Program-made: the position numbers and the translations under genes | In this document: one piece after another, positions 29,809-42,802 of the stretch | Position numbering within the stretch: the first letter of the stretch is position 1 | Layout of the letters: each line of letters begins with the position of its first letter | Notes under the pieces: generated by a model | Seen by the model: only the letters and a program-made list of their open reading frames with translations | What the model was told of the DNA's origin: nothing | The model's database searches: none | DNA from: Octopus sinensis | Taxonomy: Eukaryota | DNA length: 64,000 nt | Direction of reading: 5' to 3' | Assembly: GCF_006345805.1 (NCBI RefSeq) | Contig: NC_043005.1 | Coordinates: forward strand, 14,942,001 to 15,006,000

Positions 29809-30488
29809 CTAGAAATGCATCCCGGCGTTGCCCAAATATTTAGACTTAGAGCCATATTGTATTATTTGTTCTTTTCTTATGGGCAGAATCAGCACAGCTG
29901 ATATATAATGAACTGGATTACTGGTGTAATGGAAGTTGTTTGTTTAAAATTGAAGAGGGAAGGGTACAATTTGTATGGGTTTGCATATAAAGTGCTTGCT
30001 GTTCTTAAGAAGGATCACAAGCCATGTATTGTTTCATCATATAGAAGGGGGTTAATACAATTTTGCCCAGAAATCACGTTTTCAAAATCTTAGTTCAAGC
30101 CCGTCTCCACCGCATTTTCTTCATTTGTAACATTTTTACGAATTTTTTTTATCCATGAAGAAAAATACAGAGATTATGAATCTGGGTTTTTTTCTTTTTC
30201 AGAGTTTAATTTTTCTTAAAGAAACACTCAATGCCCCTTTCCCCACCTCGCCCACCCATCACCTACCCGCTTTCAAAAATCTAAAAACATCCAATGTTTC
30301 ACTTTCGTCTGATGTTTGGTCCATTATCGATTTTTATTGAAATCAAATTAGCCTGTAATTGAACTGGATGTTAGTTCAACATGTATACAAAGTTTGGTGA
30401 AGATTGGTGCCCTGGTTTGGGCAACAAGATGGTAACAGACAGACAAATAGACAGACAAACAGATAGAAATTGTCATTCATATATAAGA
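29809..30488 (-). mobile_element. Helitron family H2 copy, within the tandem duplication
   Basis: Near-identical to 28524-29187. Confidence 0.75.
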
Positions 30489-31739
30489 TACAGAACACAA
30501 ATTCAGTTCTTCTTTCGTCTGGCACCTGGCGAGAGACTATACAATTTTCATTCATCTCTCTCTGTCAACCCAGAGAAGCAGATTCTTTTACTCTTTCTCT
30601 CACGTTCTTCCTCCGTCTTCTAGCAGCCAAAAGATGAACACGACTATTTACGAAATGGACAACGGAAATTCAACTAATTTTTGTACGACTCAAAGTAGCT
30701 ACTTTTTAAAAAAAATATTGTTATGGTAAAATAAAGAACATTTCAATTATTATTTTTTTCCTATCATTTATTCCATGGATTTCTTCAAATTATAACCCTT
30801 ACACATTTGGTGATACCTGAGAATCGAACCTTGGTTAGTCTATATCTCAACTGAAACACAGCATATCAATAAACAACCACATATAACCGTTACGCTTTCA
30901 TTACTTTGTATTATGCAATTTAAATTGCGTGACTTAAAAACTGATATTTACAACTCCAAGCGCAGTTTTATACATTGAAAGAGATAACCTGTGAAGAGAC
31001 TCGTATGTTATTTCCTTTCACTGATCTCTCCCTAGTTAGAAAAAATCACGGAGTATATTATTAGGAAAACAAAACTGGAGAGTTGGTTCATAAATTAAAT
31101 TAACTTTCCGGTTGTTTTTTTCTCTCTCTCTCTCTCTGCACGCACGTGCACACACACACACACACACACACACACCACGCACACAGAATATATGTTACTA
31201 TATTAAGTTCCGCCTATATCACAAATAGCAATAATATAAATACAGATTGTATTTCTAAATGCTCTCATTATCTGCATTATAGAAATTAACGAAACAGAAA
31301 AGCAAACAGAAATATGTCAGAAAAAAAGAAAAAAAAAACAAAAAACAACGCGATAAAGAACAATTTATTTTGATTTGAGAGGAAAGATTTCACATAATTG
31401 TAGTAGCTTTGATGTTGGTGGTGGGGACTTTATTATTGTTCATGGGAGTAACGGTGATGTTATTTCGTGTCGGTGGTGACGTGAGAGTAGAGATAGCGGT
31501 GAAGACAGTGGCATTGTTGTTCAAAGTAGTGATCCTTGTGGTGGCGGTGGTGGTGGTGGTGGCCACGGCCGCGGCGGCGTTGTAATTGATTAATGTTGTT
31601 GTTATTGGCGTTAGTCATAGCGTGTTGTTGTTTAGATCCTAGTTCTCATATTTCTACCCAGGAGTTGAATGGGTAAAAGAAATAAATATATTTAGGGTAT
31701 TGTACAGGGAGGGAATATGGTTGAGTGGATATGAATTTA

Positions 31740-32052
31740 GGTATTTGTAGTGACGCTATTCCAACAGCGCGCTAACGCCATTTCAGTTTGCGTGTGCGGA
31801 GTTTGGAGCCTTCTGTAGAGGCAGAAGGGAAGGGCTCTCTCGCGCATGCGCGAAGACCGGAAGAAGGGAAAGATGATGTGGCATTTAGCTGATAGGCAAG
31901 GGAGCGTAAAAACTTTGACCAGAAAGGGTACAGAGACACGTAGCAGCACCAGAAGGCTGCCCACACCAAATTGTTGCAGACGCGTATTTTCTTCGCTCCC
32001 TAAGGACGCCATATTTGACCAGCTCTGTTTTGATGCTGAACTACTTGTAAGT
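31740..32052. promoter_or_regulatory. CpG-rich housekeeping-type promoter / first exon region
   Basis: NRF1-type palindrome TCGCGCATGCGCGA (31840-31853), ETS-type CCGGAAG (31857-31863), two YY1-like CGCCAT motifs (~31776, ~32008) and a + strand donor CTT|GTAAGT at 32047. Confidence 0.55.
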
Positions 32053-33064
32053 TTCTTACAAGCGTTAAAGTTTCAGCTTTGCCACATCCATATCAAGTGG
32101 AACCAAATATACCACCTTAATTCTTACTGTTATAAGAAAAATAAAGAGTATATATTTTTACTGTCGCGTTTGTGTTCTTTGACTGGTAGAATCTGGAAAT
32201 TTAAGCAACGGAAATAAAGAATGCACCAGTTGCACCCTAAAAGTGCAAGAAGCAACCTATTCCCGTTACATATTTAATAGTGAAGATTTCAACTATATTT
32301 CGTGGTGGTTCGTTACGTTTGTGAAATGTACACTAATGACATTGAATATGCCCCTGTCCCTAAAAGGAATGTTTACGTGTGACTAACGTGCGGTTAGTCC
32401 AAGGGGATATTTATTCACTTTATTTCATGAAATCCTTGACAGAAATCCTTAAATGTCCTATTAAAAACAAAATGTAATGACATGCAAAACTCCACCTCGG
32501 ATTAACTAGTAAATATCGAAATATCAACACCAGGAAGGAAGAAATGCTGTTTACATATATTTTATTCGTTTGTCCGACATGTAGTTCGAGGTACAGCAGT
32601 AAGAAGTGGATATCTGCCAGTAGGGAGGGAAAGAGTAAGGAATGCAGTGCTAACTAGAAAGGAAAAAAAGGATAAAGGTGGCATTGTCTTTCTTGCGGCT
32701 GAAAGCTTCTCTTTTGTGTCAGCTATGACCAAGGAGCAATACTTGCCCTTCGCCCTTCGCTCAACATACGAATAGAACAGAGTGGTGACATTTAGTAGAG
32801 ATAACCCGGAAGTTGTTCCTCTTCGATTACTATCCAAAACAGTAGTAGCTTTCTTCAATTGAATACACGTCGTTGATTGGTTAAAACTATTCAAATACGA
32901 CAACTTTAACACGAAATAACTTCTAAAATACGAAATTTTGTCAAAAATGTTGAAAGTAAACTGTGTTGAGCGTGAGAAACTACACCAGTATACGAAGTAT
33001 CAAACTGTCTAGTAAAAATCTATGAGCGAAACTGATCCTCCCTCCATAAGAGTCAAGAATAATA

Positions 33065-34355
33065 TTAAGTCGTCAAGTATGAAATTTGTAGAAAAGAAAA
33101 AAGTTTGTTAATGTTTTATAAATACAAGGAATAGTTTTATTCATCAAAGTATGCACTCATATTGTCAAGACACTTTTGCCATTTCAGCAGTAGCTTGTCC
33201 AACCCAGAACTGTAAAAGCATGGCAATCTAGAGTCAATAAAATCTTGGAAGGCCTGTTTTACAGCATCGTCGGAATTAAATTTTTTCCTATCAAAAAGAT
33301 ATCCAAATTCAGGAAGAAGTGGTAGTCAGTGGGGGCAAGATCAGGTGAGTACGGTGGATGATGGAGAACTTCCAACTCCAACTCCTGTAGTTTCGCCAAT
33401 GTCATTTTTGCGATGTGTGGTCTGACGCTGTCTTGCAATAAAATAGGAGTGGATCAGTTGACTAATCTAGGCTGTTTCTTTCTTTTTTGTAAGTTTCTGC
33501 ATCATTTGTTCAAGCTGGCTGCAGTATACTTCGGCCGTGATTGATGAGCCAGGTTTAATGAAATCATAATGGCTCACACCTGCACCAGACCACCAAACAC
33601 ACACCATCACCTTCTTTTGATGAATTTTGCTTTTTGGATTGTGTTTTGGCGGTTCATCTTTGTCCAACCATTGTGCCGAACGTCTATGGTTGTTGTATTG
33701 AATCCATTTATCATCATATGTTACAATTCGATTCAAAAATGATTAATTTTTGTGACGACAAAGTAGCATAATGCAGGCTTTCAAACGTTGCAGTTTCTGA
33801 TTTTCATTGAATTCATGTGGGACCCACTTATCCAACCATTTCACTTTACCGATTTGAACTAGGTGAGTCAATATGGTTTGCTTGCTAACACCAAACAGCA
33901 ACGATAATTCATGGGAACTTTGAGATGGATCTGACAAGACGGTGGCTTTCAGTTCGTCATTATCCACCTTTCTTTCTGGTCGACCGCGTTGCTCATTTGT
34001 GAGGTCAAAGTTACCAGAACGAAATTTTGCAAACCAATTTGATACTGTCTGCTGTGTAATAACATTAGAATGAAATACTCCATTAATATTCCGAGCTGTC
34101 TGTGATGCTGTATTTCTAAGAAAGAACTCATATTTCAAAACTGTACGAATTTCTGACTTATCCATCTCTAAACAAAAATAGCAGGAAACGATTTATAAAT
34201 ACTTTATAAAGCGCAAAATGGGGTAGAATAAAGAAATAAATGCATCAGCTTTCTAACAAAAAATAAAGATTGTCAAAATATAATGATGGCGCAAAATGAG
34301 CAGCTTTCAAAGTTCACCATATACCTTACTACAAATTTCATGCTTGACGACCTAA
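33065..34355 (-). mobile_element. Full-length mariner (DD34D) with a frameshifted transposase at 33137-34165
   Basis: 27-bp TIRs (TTAAGTCGTCAAGTATGAAATTTGTAG / 2 mismatches), TA on both sides, 1291 bp. WVPHE, IVTYDDKW and YSPDLAPTDY motifs. Confidence 0.95.
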
Positions 34356-34590
34356 TAACATGGTAATGGTGTGAAAAAAACCCATATTCCACTTTGGAAT
34401 GAGGTTTCAAATGTAAGCCAAGAGTTACAATGGAAACTCGATATAGTCTAAAGGATTGCCTTAAGTATGCTGTTCCTTAGTATATCGAGCGAGAACTTAA
34501 AACCATACCAGTAAATATGCTTGGCGCAAGCATGGCCGTGTGATTGATAATTTTGTTTCGCAAACACGTGGTTTCGAGTTCGATATAACC

Positions 34591-34781
34591 GATTCAATCC
34601 CATACGCAGCATCTTCGATTATTGTTGTCTGCAACAGGATTTTCCACAGCTCCTCTCTTTGATTGATCTGCAGTCCTGGATCGAGAGTAGACCGAGGCAG
34701 GGCGCCTGACACCTAATGTCATCAAGAGCTCATAGTCCTCTTTCAGTTCAACTCTGGCGTTCTATAGAGGGTTAGTGGTGG
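34591..34781 (+). mobile_element. Tx1/L1 fragment, near-identical to 36853-37067
   Basis: Direct sequence match between the two segments. Confidence 0.8.
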
Positions 34782-35179
34782 ACAAGTGCCGTAGCTAGAG
34801 TGTGTTCCTTCTGGGACAGACTTTGTGTTTGCACTCCATCCTCCGGAGTCTATACTGCCTACACAGCAAACCCAAAAGTATCTCCCTATCACCCAACTCA
34901 TAGCTAAGCTCTTGCCTTGGACATGTGCTTTATATCAAAATTTCGGGTCACCCATGTTGAACCTGGGTAGATAGAAACTGCGTGGAAGCTTATCAGATTG
35001 CACACACTGTTTAATGATAGACTTAATTTGCTGTGCGGTTTAATACTGAGAAACGAACTAAGATTATTAATGATGAAGAGTACACGTTCCTTTACATCCG
35101 TACTAAATACCAAATAGTTTCATTGAAAAACATTGTCACTTATGATAATGATTGCATTACCTTTTGACTCACTCGTATA

Positions 35180-36487
35180 CAATATGGATTCTAGAAGTTT
35201 TGAGATTTTTTTTTGTAGGAGTGGTAGTTATAACTGTCCTAGATTATTGTAATTTTAGTATATCATTAACATACACCTGGTAAGTTAACTGCCAGCTTTT
35301 GTTATTCCAAACTGAGGGAGACGGCTGCCACAGCGCTTAGAACATACGCTACTAAACACTGCTTGTAATAGCTGATTACTTTGCAGAATGCATTCGGAGT
35401 CGGGACTTGCAGACAGTTTGGAAGTTCGCTATGCAATGAAGTTTTGCGTTAACCTGGGTAAAAATGTTAGAGAAATTTATGAAATGCTCCGGACTACTTA
35501 TGAATTAACTTGTACGAGCCGAGCTTTTTGATTTTCGCTAGCACAAGACGTTCAAGAACGATAGAGAGAGTGTGAAAGACGATGAGAAACGTGGGAGGGA
35601 GAGGGACATCAAAACATCAGAGCGGGTTGAGAAAATTCATAATCTCTGTGAAGATAGTCGTGTGACAAAAAAAAAAAAGACAAAAGACTTACAGATCTGT
35701 GTCAGTATGGGAATTGTACACAGAATTATTCATGAAGATCTAAATATGCGCAGAATTTGTGCAAAATTTATTCCCAGGATGACAACAAAGAAATGGTTAA
35801 GCCCATTATTTCCACTTCAAGAGTACTTGAGTCTTTTGTGACTTGTGACGAAAGCTGAATCTACTGTTATGATCCAGAGACAAAGAGACAGAATGCCCAA
35901 AAGAAGCATCCTGGCTCTCTCAGACCTAAGAAAGTCAGGCAAAGCAAATCCACCGAGAAGCTTATGATGACCCTTTTTTAGGACAACAAGGGCAACATTT
36001 ACATCCACTGCGTTCCTTCTGGTCAGACGGTTAACAAAATGTACTCTTTGAAGGTTTTGAGGGAGATCAGGAAGAGATTTCGTCGAAAAATGCCAGAGCG
36101 CTTCCATTTAGGTCGATGGCACCTGTACCAGGACAATGCACCGGTCCACAATTCCATCCTTAACAGAGATGGGCATCAGTACTATCCCTCATCCTCCCAA
36201 CAATCCAGTCCTTTCTCCCAGTAACTTTTGATTGTTTCCCAAGCCGAATGAAAACCTCAGGGGCAGATGTTTTAAAGATATTGTGAATATGGAGGAAACT
36301 GTGATAAGGGCCCAGCACACCTTTACTTTGGGGGATTCTCATGGGGTCTTCACGAAGTGACTTCGGCGCTAGAAGTGCACTGCAGTCAGAGGATCCTACT
36401 TTGAAGGATAATAAAATTTTGCACTTCTTTGAAGTTAATAAATGTCTCGTCGGAAAAAATGTCTCAACACTTCTGGAATGCATCTTG
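35180..36487 (+). mobile_element. Highly decayed mariner of a different subfamily
   Basis: Imperfect TIRs (caatatggattctagaagttttgaga / tctcaacacttctggaatgcatcttg), ~1.3 kb. Fragments ICAKFIPR, VTCDES and QDNAPVH. Confidence 0.85.
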
Positions 36488-36495
36488 AATATCTG

Positions 36496-36547
<52 letters not shown>

Positions 36548-36852
36548 CGCAAGCACGTAAGCATCCGACCTCAAAATATTCTTATCATTATGAAGCAGGC
36601 GTGTACAACTAGATGCATGGTAAATATCGAATATTTACAGAGACGTGACATTATATAGAATGATACTGACAACATAAATACGTATTTATCAAATGGAGAT
36701 CGTGAATAGTCGGGTAGGCAGGATAGTGAATAATCAGCCAAATGTTGGTAGTGGTAGTGGTGGTGGTGGTGGTGGTTATGTTGGGTATTCCATCGCAGCA
36801 TTGAGTGCATGATCTCACGTTCGAAGTTCGCTTCACAACATCTATCTTTCTT

Positions 36853-37890
36853 GGATTCCGTCCTATACGCAGCATCTTCGATAATTGTTGTCTGCAACAG
36901 GATTTTCCACAGCTCCTCTCTTTGACTGATCTGCAGTCCTGGATCGAGAGTAGACCGAGGCAGGGCGCCTGACACCTAATGTCGTCAAGAGCTCACAGTC
37001 TGCTTTCAGTCGAGCAATCTGGTCGGTGGAAGTTCAACTCTGGCGTTCTATAGAGGGTTAGTGGTGGTCAAGCAGAAACGTTAGCACGCCAGCTGAAATG
37101 CTTAGCGATATTTCGCCTGTCTTTACGTTCTGAGTTCAAATTCCGCCGAGGTCGACTTTGCCTTTCATCCTTTCAGAGTCGATAAATTAAGTACCAGTTA
37201 CGCACTGGGGTCGACGTAATCGACTTAATCCCTTTGTCTGTCCTTGTTTGCCCCCTCTATGTTTAGCCCCTTGTGGACAATAAAGAAATAAGTATGATGG
37301 CATTGTCGAATAGACTCTGGACGTCGACGAGAATCAACTGGCCGGTCTGTTCCGGAGGACTTTCGACCTGAGACCTATGGATAATTTCCAGAAATTTGTG
37401 ACTTAGCAGTGCTACTGGGGCGGGGGAGGGGCATTGCCAGTTCGGGATAAGCTGTACAGGTATGGAAGTGCCATCAGCCAGGCTTGCTCGAGATGCGCGC
37501 AGAGCGACGAAACTGTTCTACACGCTCTCGTTCAGTGTCCTATTATACCTACAAGTCAGCACTGCTGACTTACAGGTTTATGTCGAACACCTGCTGCCAG
37601 CCGAGTCTATTGTGAAGATTACCCCCTCGCCTTCTTTTGGTTGAGAAAGTCGGGCAGTGTTTCTCTGCCTGGTAGCCTTAGTGAAAAAAGTTGTGTGGTG
37701 GACCAGGCTGGAAGGACTGAAGACATACTTTCCTCTTTGGCCAAGCCCTCATCAAATTTTCAAGTTTCACTTGAAAAGGAAAGTGAGAGTAGAAATAAGT
37801 GCTGCCTCCCAGCAATTTTGTTAAAAAGTGGGTGAATGTAGCTTGAATGGTCCGAGTGAACGGGTCTATTCTAAATATGCGCCTGTAGAT
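36853..37890 (+). mobile_element. Older, degenerate copy of the same Tx1/L1 family, interrupted by a SINE
   Basis: Nucleotide similarity to 41750-42530 (ttctatagagggttagtgg, ggataatttccag, gtttatgtcgaaca, tttcacttgaaaagga). Confidence 0.8.
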
Positions 37891-37984
37891 TGAAGGAGAA
37901 CGATGTGGAGAGGGCAGTTATTCTAGTGATCAGGGTGACTGTGGCTTTGTGGGGGTCTCCATGAGCAGCCCTAAGAAGAAAGCA

Positions 37985-40110
37985 TAAGAAAATTATAAGT
38001 TTGTTTTAAAATTTGAGATTACATAGACAGTATTTTACGTATCATATGGGAAGTTCCCATGAGCACTATCTTTTGAATTTCTGTCATTTTGGAGTTTCCT
38101 GGTATCTGAGCTAGGTAGCAATCATCCCCTTTTGCTATCATTCCTAGGACACCTATGGCAACAGGTATTGTTTTAGTCTTGAGGTTCCACATTTTGCCAA
38201 TTTCTATTTCAAGATCTTAATACTTGCTCAGTTTTTGGTAGGTCTTGACAGATACATTTATGTCGATTGGGACAGTCATATCAATGAGGAGGCATGATTT
38301 TTGTCTGAAGTCCTTCAATATAATGTCTGACCTATTCGCATATATCTTTCTGTCAGTTTGAATGGTGAAGTTCCAGAGGAGTGAGATGCGGTCATTTTTA
38401 AGCACTGGAGGTGGTTTGTGTTCCCACCAGTTTTTTTCATGGGGCAAATCCAGGTTTTTGCAAATTACCCAGTGAATATATTGTGCAGCTCTATCATGCC
38501 TGTTGAGATACTCTGTAGGCGCAAGAAGACTGCACATGGAGACAACATGATCAATGGTTTCATTTTGTTGTTGACGTACACGACATGTTGGGCAGCTGCC
38601 GTTCATTAATATGTTGGCCTGGTAGTTACTTGTCGGTGGGCATTGATCTTGGACTGCTATAGTAAACCCTTCTGTTTCTGATTTTAAGCATGCAAGCACC
38701 TTTTTCCGGCACCCTTTCTGTTCAATGGATAGCAACCTACTTTTTTCCAAGTATCTGTACAGTTCACCGACCAAAGCACCTGACATTAATTTCCACATTA
38801 AGCAGAAGGCATGTTATTGGTCTAAAGTTGGATGCAACATTTCCCTTTTCAAGATGCTTGGCACACAACAATATCTTTCCTTTTGTCATCCAGCTGGGTA
38901 CTGCGCCTTCCTGCAATCACTCATCTACCTGTTGTGTTATCCTTTCATGAAACCCTCTTAGCTTCTTTATCCAATACCTTTGGACCCTATCCAGTCATGG
39001 GCTCTTCCAATTTGGAAATTAGCTGCTTTTTAATCACTTCTGTGGTTATCTTTATGCCTTCTTGAACTTCTGTGCTTCTTAATATATCTGCTTCATAGTT
39101 ATGCTCTACAAGTTGGTCCCAGATCCCTCTCCAGAATGCCTAGCTTTCCTCTGCATCTGGTATCATTGTTGCATGTATTTGCCCATCTAGTTCCTAAAAC
39201 AGTTTCTTCTGATTTCCTTCAAACGCTCTGTTTTGCCTGAAGTGTCTTTTTCTATTATCATACCTTTCAATTTTACTTTGATTGTTACTACTCTTTGTTT
39301 CAATTCTTCCAATATAACTTCATAAACTGTGTCTCTTATTCTATATGTTCTTTCCAATATTATTCTAACGCTTTCATTCTGCAATTTCCCTATTCTCAAT
39401 CTATCAACTTGTCCTAAATGTCTGCTTAACCTTGTTTGTTCCTCACAAATTCGTCTACGCCTGTATCGTTCTTTACGTTCTGTTTGTTCTTTTCTTTTGT
39501 AATCCAACTCTATCTGCAGCAACCATAGCTGCAGCCCAAATAATCTTGTTAGTTTCAGTTATATTTCTCGTCTGGAATAGACCAAGAACCGAATCTATCT
39601 TTTCTGTTTCAACCCTGAGCTTGCGTCGGTCAATGTACCTCAGGTTGGTGGGTGCTTGATCCTGGTCTTCTCTAACATAACGCCACAGCGTCCTCGCTAT
39701 GTCTTGTTGGTCATCGTCATATTCTTATGATATAGCTCTTCCTATTACTTCTGCTTCATTTACTTTTACACTTTGTTCTACTTCTTCATTTTTCTGTTCT
39801 CACTGAGAACGTTATCTGTTGGTGAAGTATTATTTCTGCCTTCTATTTTCCTTTTTATCTCTCCTATTTCTCTATTTGTTAACCATCCATTTGCTTTTAT
39901 TGCTGTTGACTGGTCGGCTCACTTGTTTCGAAGAGTCCTATCTCATTCCATTTTGCTTTCATTCGTTGTCGGAATCTGATTATGCTGGGTTCACTCCTGT
40001 TTCTAGTCTTCAATTACCGTTCGGTTTGCCTCCTTATCCCACTTTCTTCTCTGCCTCTGGCTTTGTTTACAAGCGGTCTCTGGATGAGGACCGGGCCTGC
40101 GCTGCTCAAC
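37985..40110 (-). mobile_element. Degenerate R4/Dong-like non-LTR retrotransposon with restriction-like endonuclease; RT core missing
   Basis: CRV...ETIDHVVSMC...RHD and ...NRSDII...LLIDMTVP motifs, EQKGC motif, N-terminal RRKW.KEAN. Multiple stops and frameshifts. Confidence 0.8.
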
Positions 40111-40112
40111 CA

Positions 40113-40143
<31 letters not shown>

Positions 40144-40356
40144 ATCGTCGTCGTCTGGCGGCGAGCTGTCAGAAGTGTTAGCACGCCGGAGAAAATGCTT
40201 AGTAGAATTTTGTTTGGTTTTGCGCTCTGAGTTCAAATTCCGCCTGGATCGAATTTGCTTTTCGGGTCGATAAAACGAGCACTAGTTGATAAAGCAATTA
40301 CTAGTTGAACACTGGGGGGGGGGGGTCTATGTAATCGACTTAGCTCCTCATTGAAA

Positions 40357-40406
<50 letters not shown>

Positions 40407-40413
40407 CATTATT

Positions 40414-40972
40414 GAGTGAGAGAGCAGTTCATGCCATCAAAGTGACACTGGGGTAAAATATACGAAGCCCAATATACCTACCATGACTACCCGTCTGATA
40501 AGGGTACACCAGGCACATGCATCACAACCATATGTGCGCGACATGGTGATCTCATATCAAGATAAACAGCACATGACCTTGCAGGTGGGGCCCAGTTAGA
40601 ATTTTCTTCAGGTTGAGTAACCCATCCCACTCAAAAGGTCCCTGAATAAGGGTTGTTTAAGGATGTTGAAAGAACCACCCATGTTTCCAGAGGTGAATTA
40701 TTCAAACCCCAAAGAATCCCTCTCAACACATGGCTATGATGCTCCCCCACTACTTCTGCTCGTGATCAGAGATGCACATATTGTCAGCCACTCGGGGACA
40801 TGCTCAACTGGTTATGGTCAAACAACTGACAAGCAAATATGTGGTATTGAGCAGAATGTTTGCTGTAGCCCATCTTTTATACCAAGACAAAACAATGTAC
40901 ATGATAACACTTCCAATCAGTTAAGATCAGAAGCCATGAGAGCCACTGCCTGGTACTGCATCAGGGCATTTA
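40414..40972. mobile_element. Non-coding interspersed repeat embedded in TTA microsatellite; second copy at 47853-48343
   Basis: Two similar copies, both abutting (TTA)n. Confidence 0.8.
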
Positions 40973-41052
40973 CTGCTATCGTCGTCGTCGTCGTCGTCGT
41001 CGTCGACGTCGTCGTTGTTGTTGTTGTTGTTATTATTATTATTATTATTATA

Positions 41053-42802
41053 TCTCTCCTCCCTCTTGTACATTTTGACTCTCGAGCCATTACTGCGCAA
41101 GTTGGAGGCTTTGAGGGGTATCCCGCGCGATCTAGGAGGCGGAAACAGCGTGTCTGCTTATGCCGACGACGTCACCGTGGTGGTGTCGAGCCACAGGCAC
41201 ATTGGCCTGATTGGCGAGACGCTAAACCAGTACGAAGCGGTGACAGGGGCAAAGATTAACGCGGAAAAGTCTGTGGGCTTGCAGCTGGGCACCTGGAGAG
41301 GCAAGCCCATGCCGTCCAACAGCGTCGTAGGACGCTGGACAGACGGACCCGTTAAACTGCTCGGGGTCTGGTTCGGTCCGGACCTCCAGGTGGATAAGAA
41401 CTGGGAAGAGGTGACGAGCAGGGTGGCACGTCTCACCCAGAAATGGGCCGAGAGGAAGCTGTCCCTGAAAGGTCGAGCGGAGGTGGCGAATGCGTACATC
41501 GCATCCGTCATCTATTACCGCTTGACCGTCGTCCCTTGTCCCGACCGCTGGTTGGCCAAGCTGGTACGCCTGCTCTTCGACTTTTTGTGGAAGGGTCAGG
41601 TGCCACTGGTCAGGCGATCCATCTGCTGTCAACGACCGCTGAACGGAGGCCTTGGAATGCCGTGGTTGCTGTTGTGCAGACATGCGCTCAGGCTGCGGCA
41701 TCTCAAGCGCTTCCTAGACGGTGAACAGGTGTGGTCGTCTTTTGTCAGACGCGATTTTCCGCAGCTCGTCTCTTTGACGGAGCTGCAGACCTGGATCAAA
41801 CGTAGACCGAGAAAGGGCACTTGGCACCTCGAGTGCCGTCAAGCCCTCTCCGCCCTCCGCCAGGCGGGCAATGCGATCGGTTACAGCTCCACTCTAGCGT
41901 TCTATAGAGGGTTAGTGGAGGAAAAATGCGACGACGTTCTCGGGGAAACTCTAGGCGTTGAAGACGACGAACTGAGCGGTCTGTTCGGGAGGACTTTCAG
42001 GCCGGGGCCGATGGATAATTTCCAGAGGTCTCTCGCCTGGCAGTGCTACCGAGGGGCTCTGCCTGTTCGAGATAAACTCTACCGGCACGGAAGTGCCGTC
42101 AGCCGAGCCTGCCCGAGGTGTTGCCAGGACGACGGAACCGTTCTGCACGCACTCGTCCAGTGTCCGAGTATTGCTGAAATATGGGTTTATGTCGAACAGC
42201 TACTGTCACGTGTAGGACGGATCCGACTATCGGCCGAATCCATTGTGAAGATTGCCCCACCGACCTCCTTTAACAAGGAGGGCGAGGCCGTTTTCTTGTG
42301 CCTAGTTGCTGTGGCGAAAGAGGTCGTGTGGTGGACTCGTTTGAAAGGGCTAAAGTCAGACACTTTCCTCTTTGGTCAAGGCCTCATCAACTTTTTCAAG
42401 TTTCACTTGAAAAGGAAGATGAGGTTAGAGAGGAAAGTGCTGTCCGATAGCAAGTTTTATGAAAGGTGGGTGAATTGTGCGAGACTGGCCTGTATAAATG
42501 GACCAGTTCTCAGGTTTCGCCTGTGATTTCAAAAAGTTAATACAAAAGGAGAAAAAAGGGGACTCTCTACACCCCTCTTTTTTTGACCAGGCTCCCGTTG
42601 GCTTTTGTAGGGTTTTTTCCACCAGGAACCTTTCGAACCGTCTCCCCCTTTTGGGAGTTTTTCATTGTTGAATTTTTAAAATTGTTATAAAGATTTTTAC
42701 TCGATGTTTTTCAAAAACGGACAAAACCCTTTGTAACCTTTCGTCCTGTTTTGTCCCTTTATGTAATCATGCGTGTCAGCCCTTGTGGCCAATAAAAAAG
42801 AA
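41053..42802 (+). mobile_element. 5'-truncated L1/Tx1-clade LINE (RT C-terminal half, thumb, CCHC finger, 3'UTR), flanked by (TTA)n
   Basis: Uninterrupted ORF to 42526 containing LLYILTLEP, YADD, KINAEKS, LGVWFG, GGLG and CPRC..LH..C. AATAAA followed by a TTA tail. Confidence 0.92.

Larger units (their letters stand above)
27605..30578 (+). repeat. Tandem segmental duplication, unit ~1.28 kb (27605-29277 including the Helitron insert; 29284-30578)
   Basis: Long near-identity between the two units. Confidence 0.92.

Noticed and set aside
31737-32217. Overlapping 91-aa and 123-aa ORFs as genes
   Set aside because: No recognisable domain. Such ORFs are expected by chance in a GC-richer promoter region.
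40065-40110. HDV-like ribozyme candidate (GG-TCCTCAT-CC on the minus strand) at the R4 5' end
   Set aside because: I could not build P1, P1.1 or P2, and the region reads as the element's ORF N-terminus.
41015-41052. Poly-Leu signal peptide on the 503-aa ORF
   Set aside because: It derives from the flanking (TTG)/(TTA) microsatellite, and the LINE is 5'-truncated.
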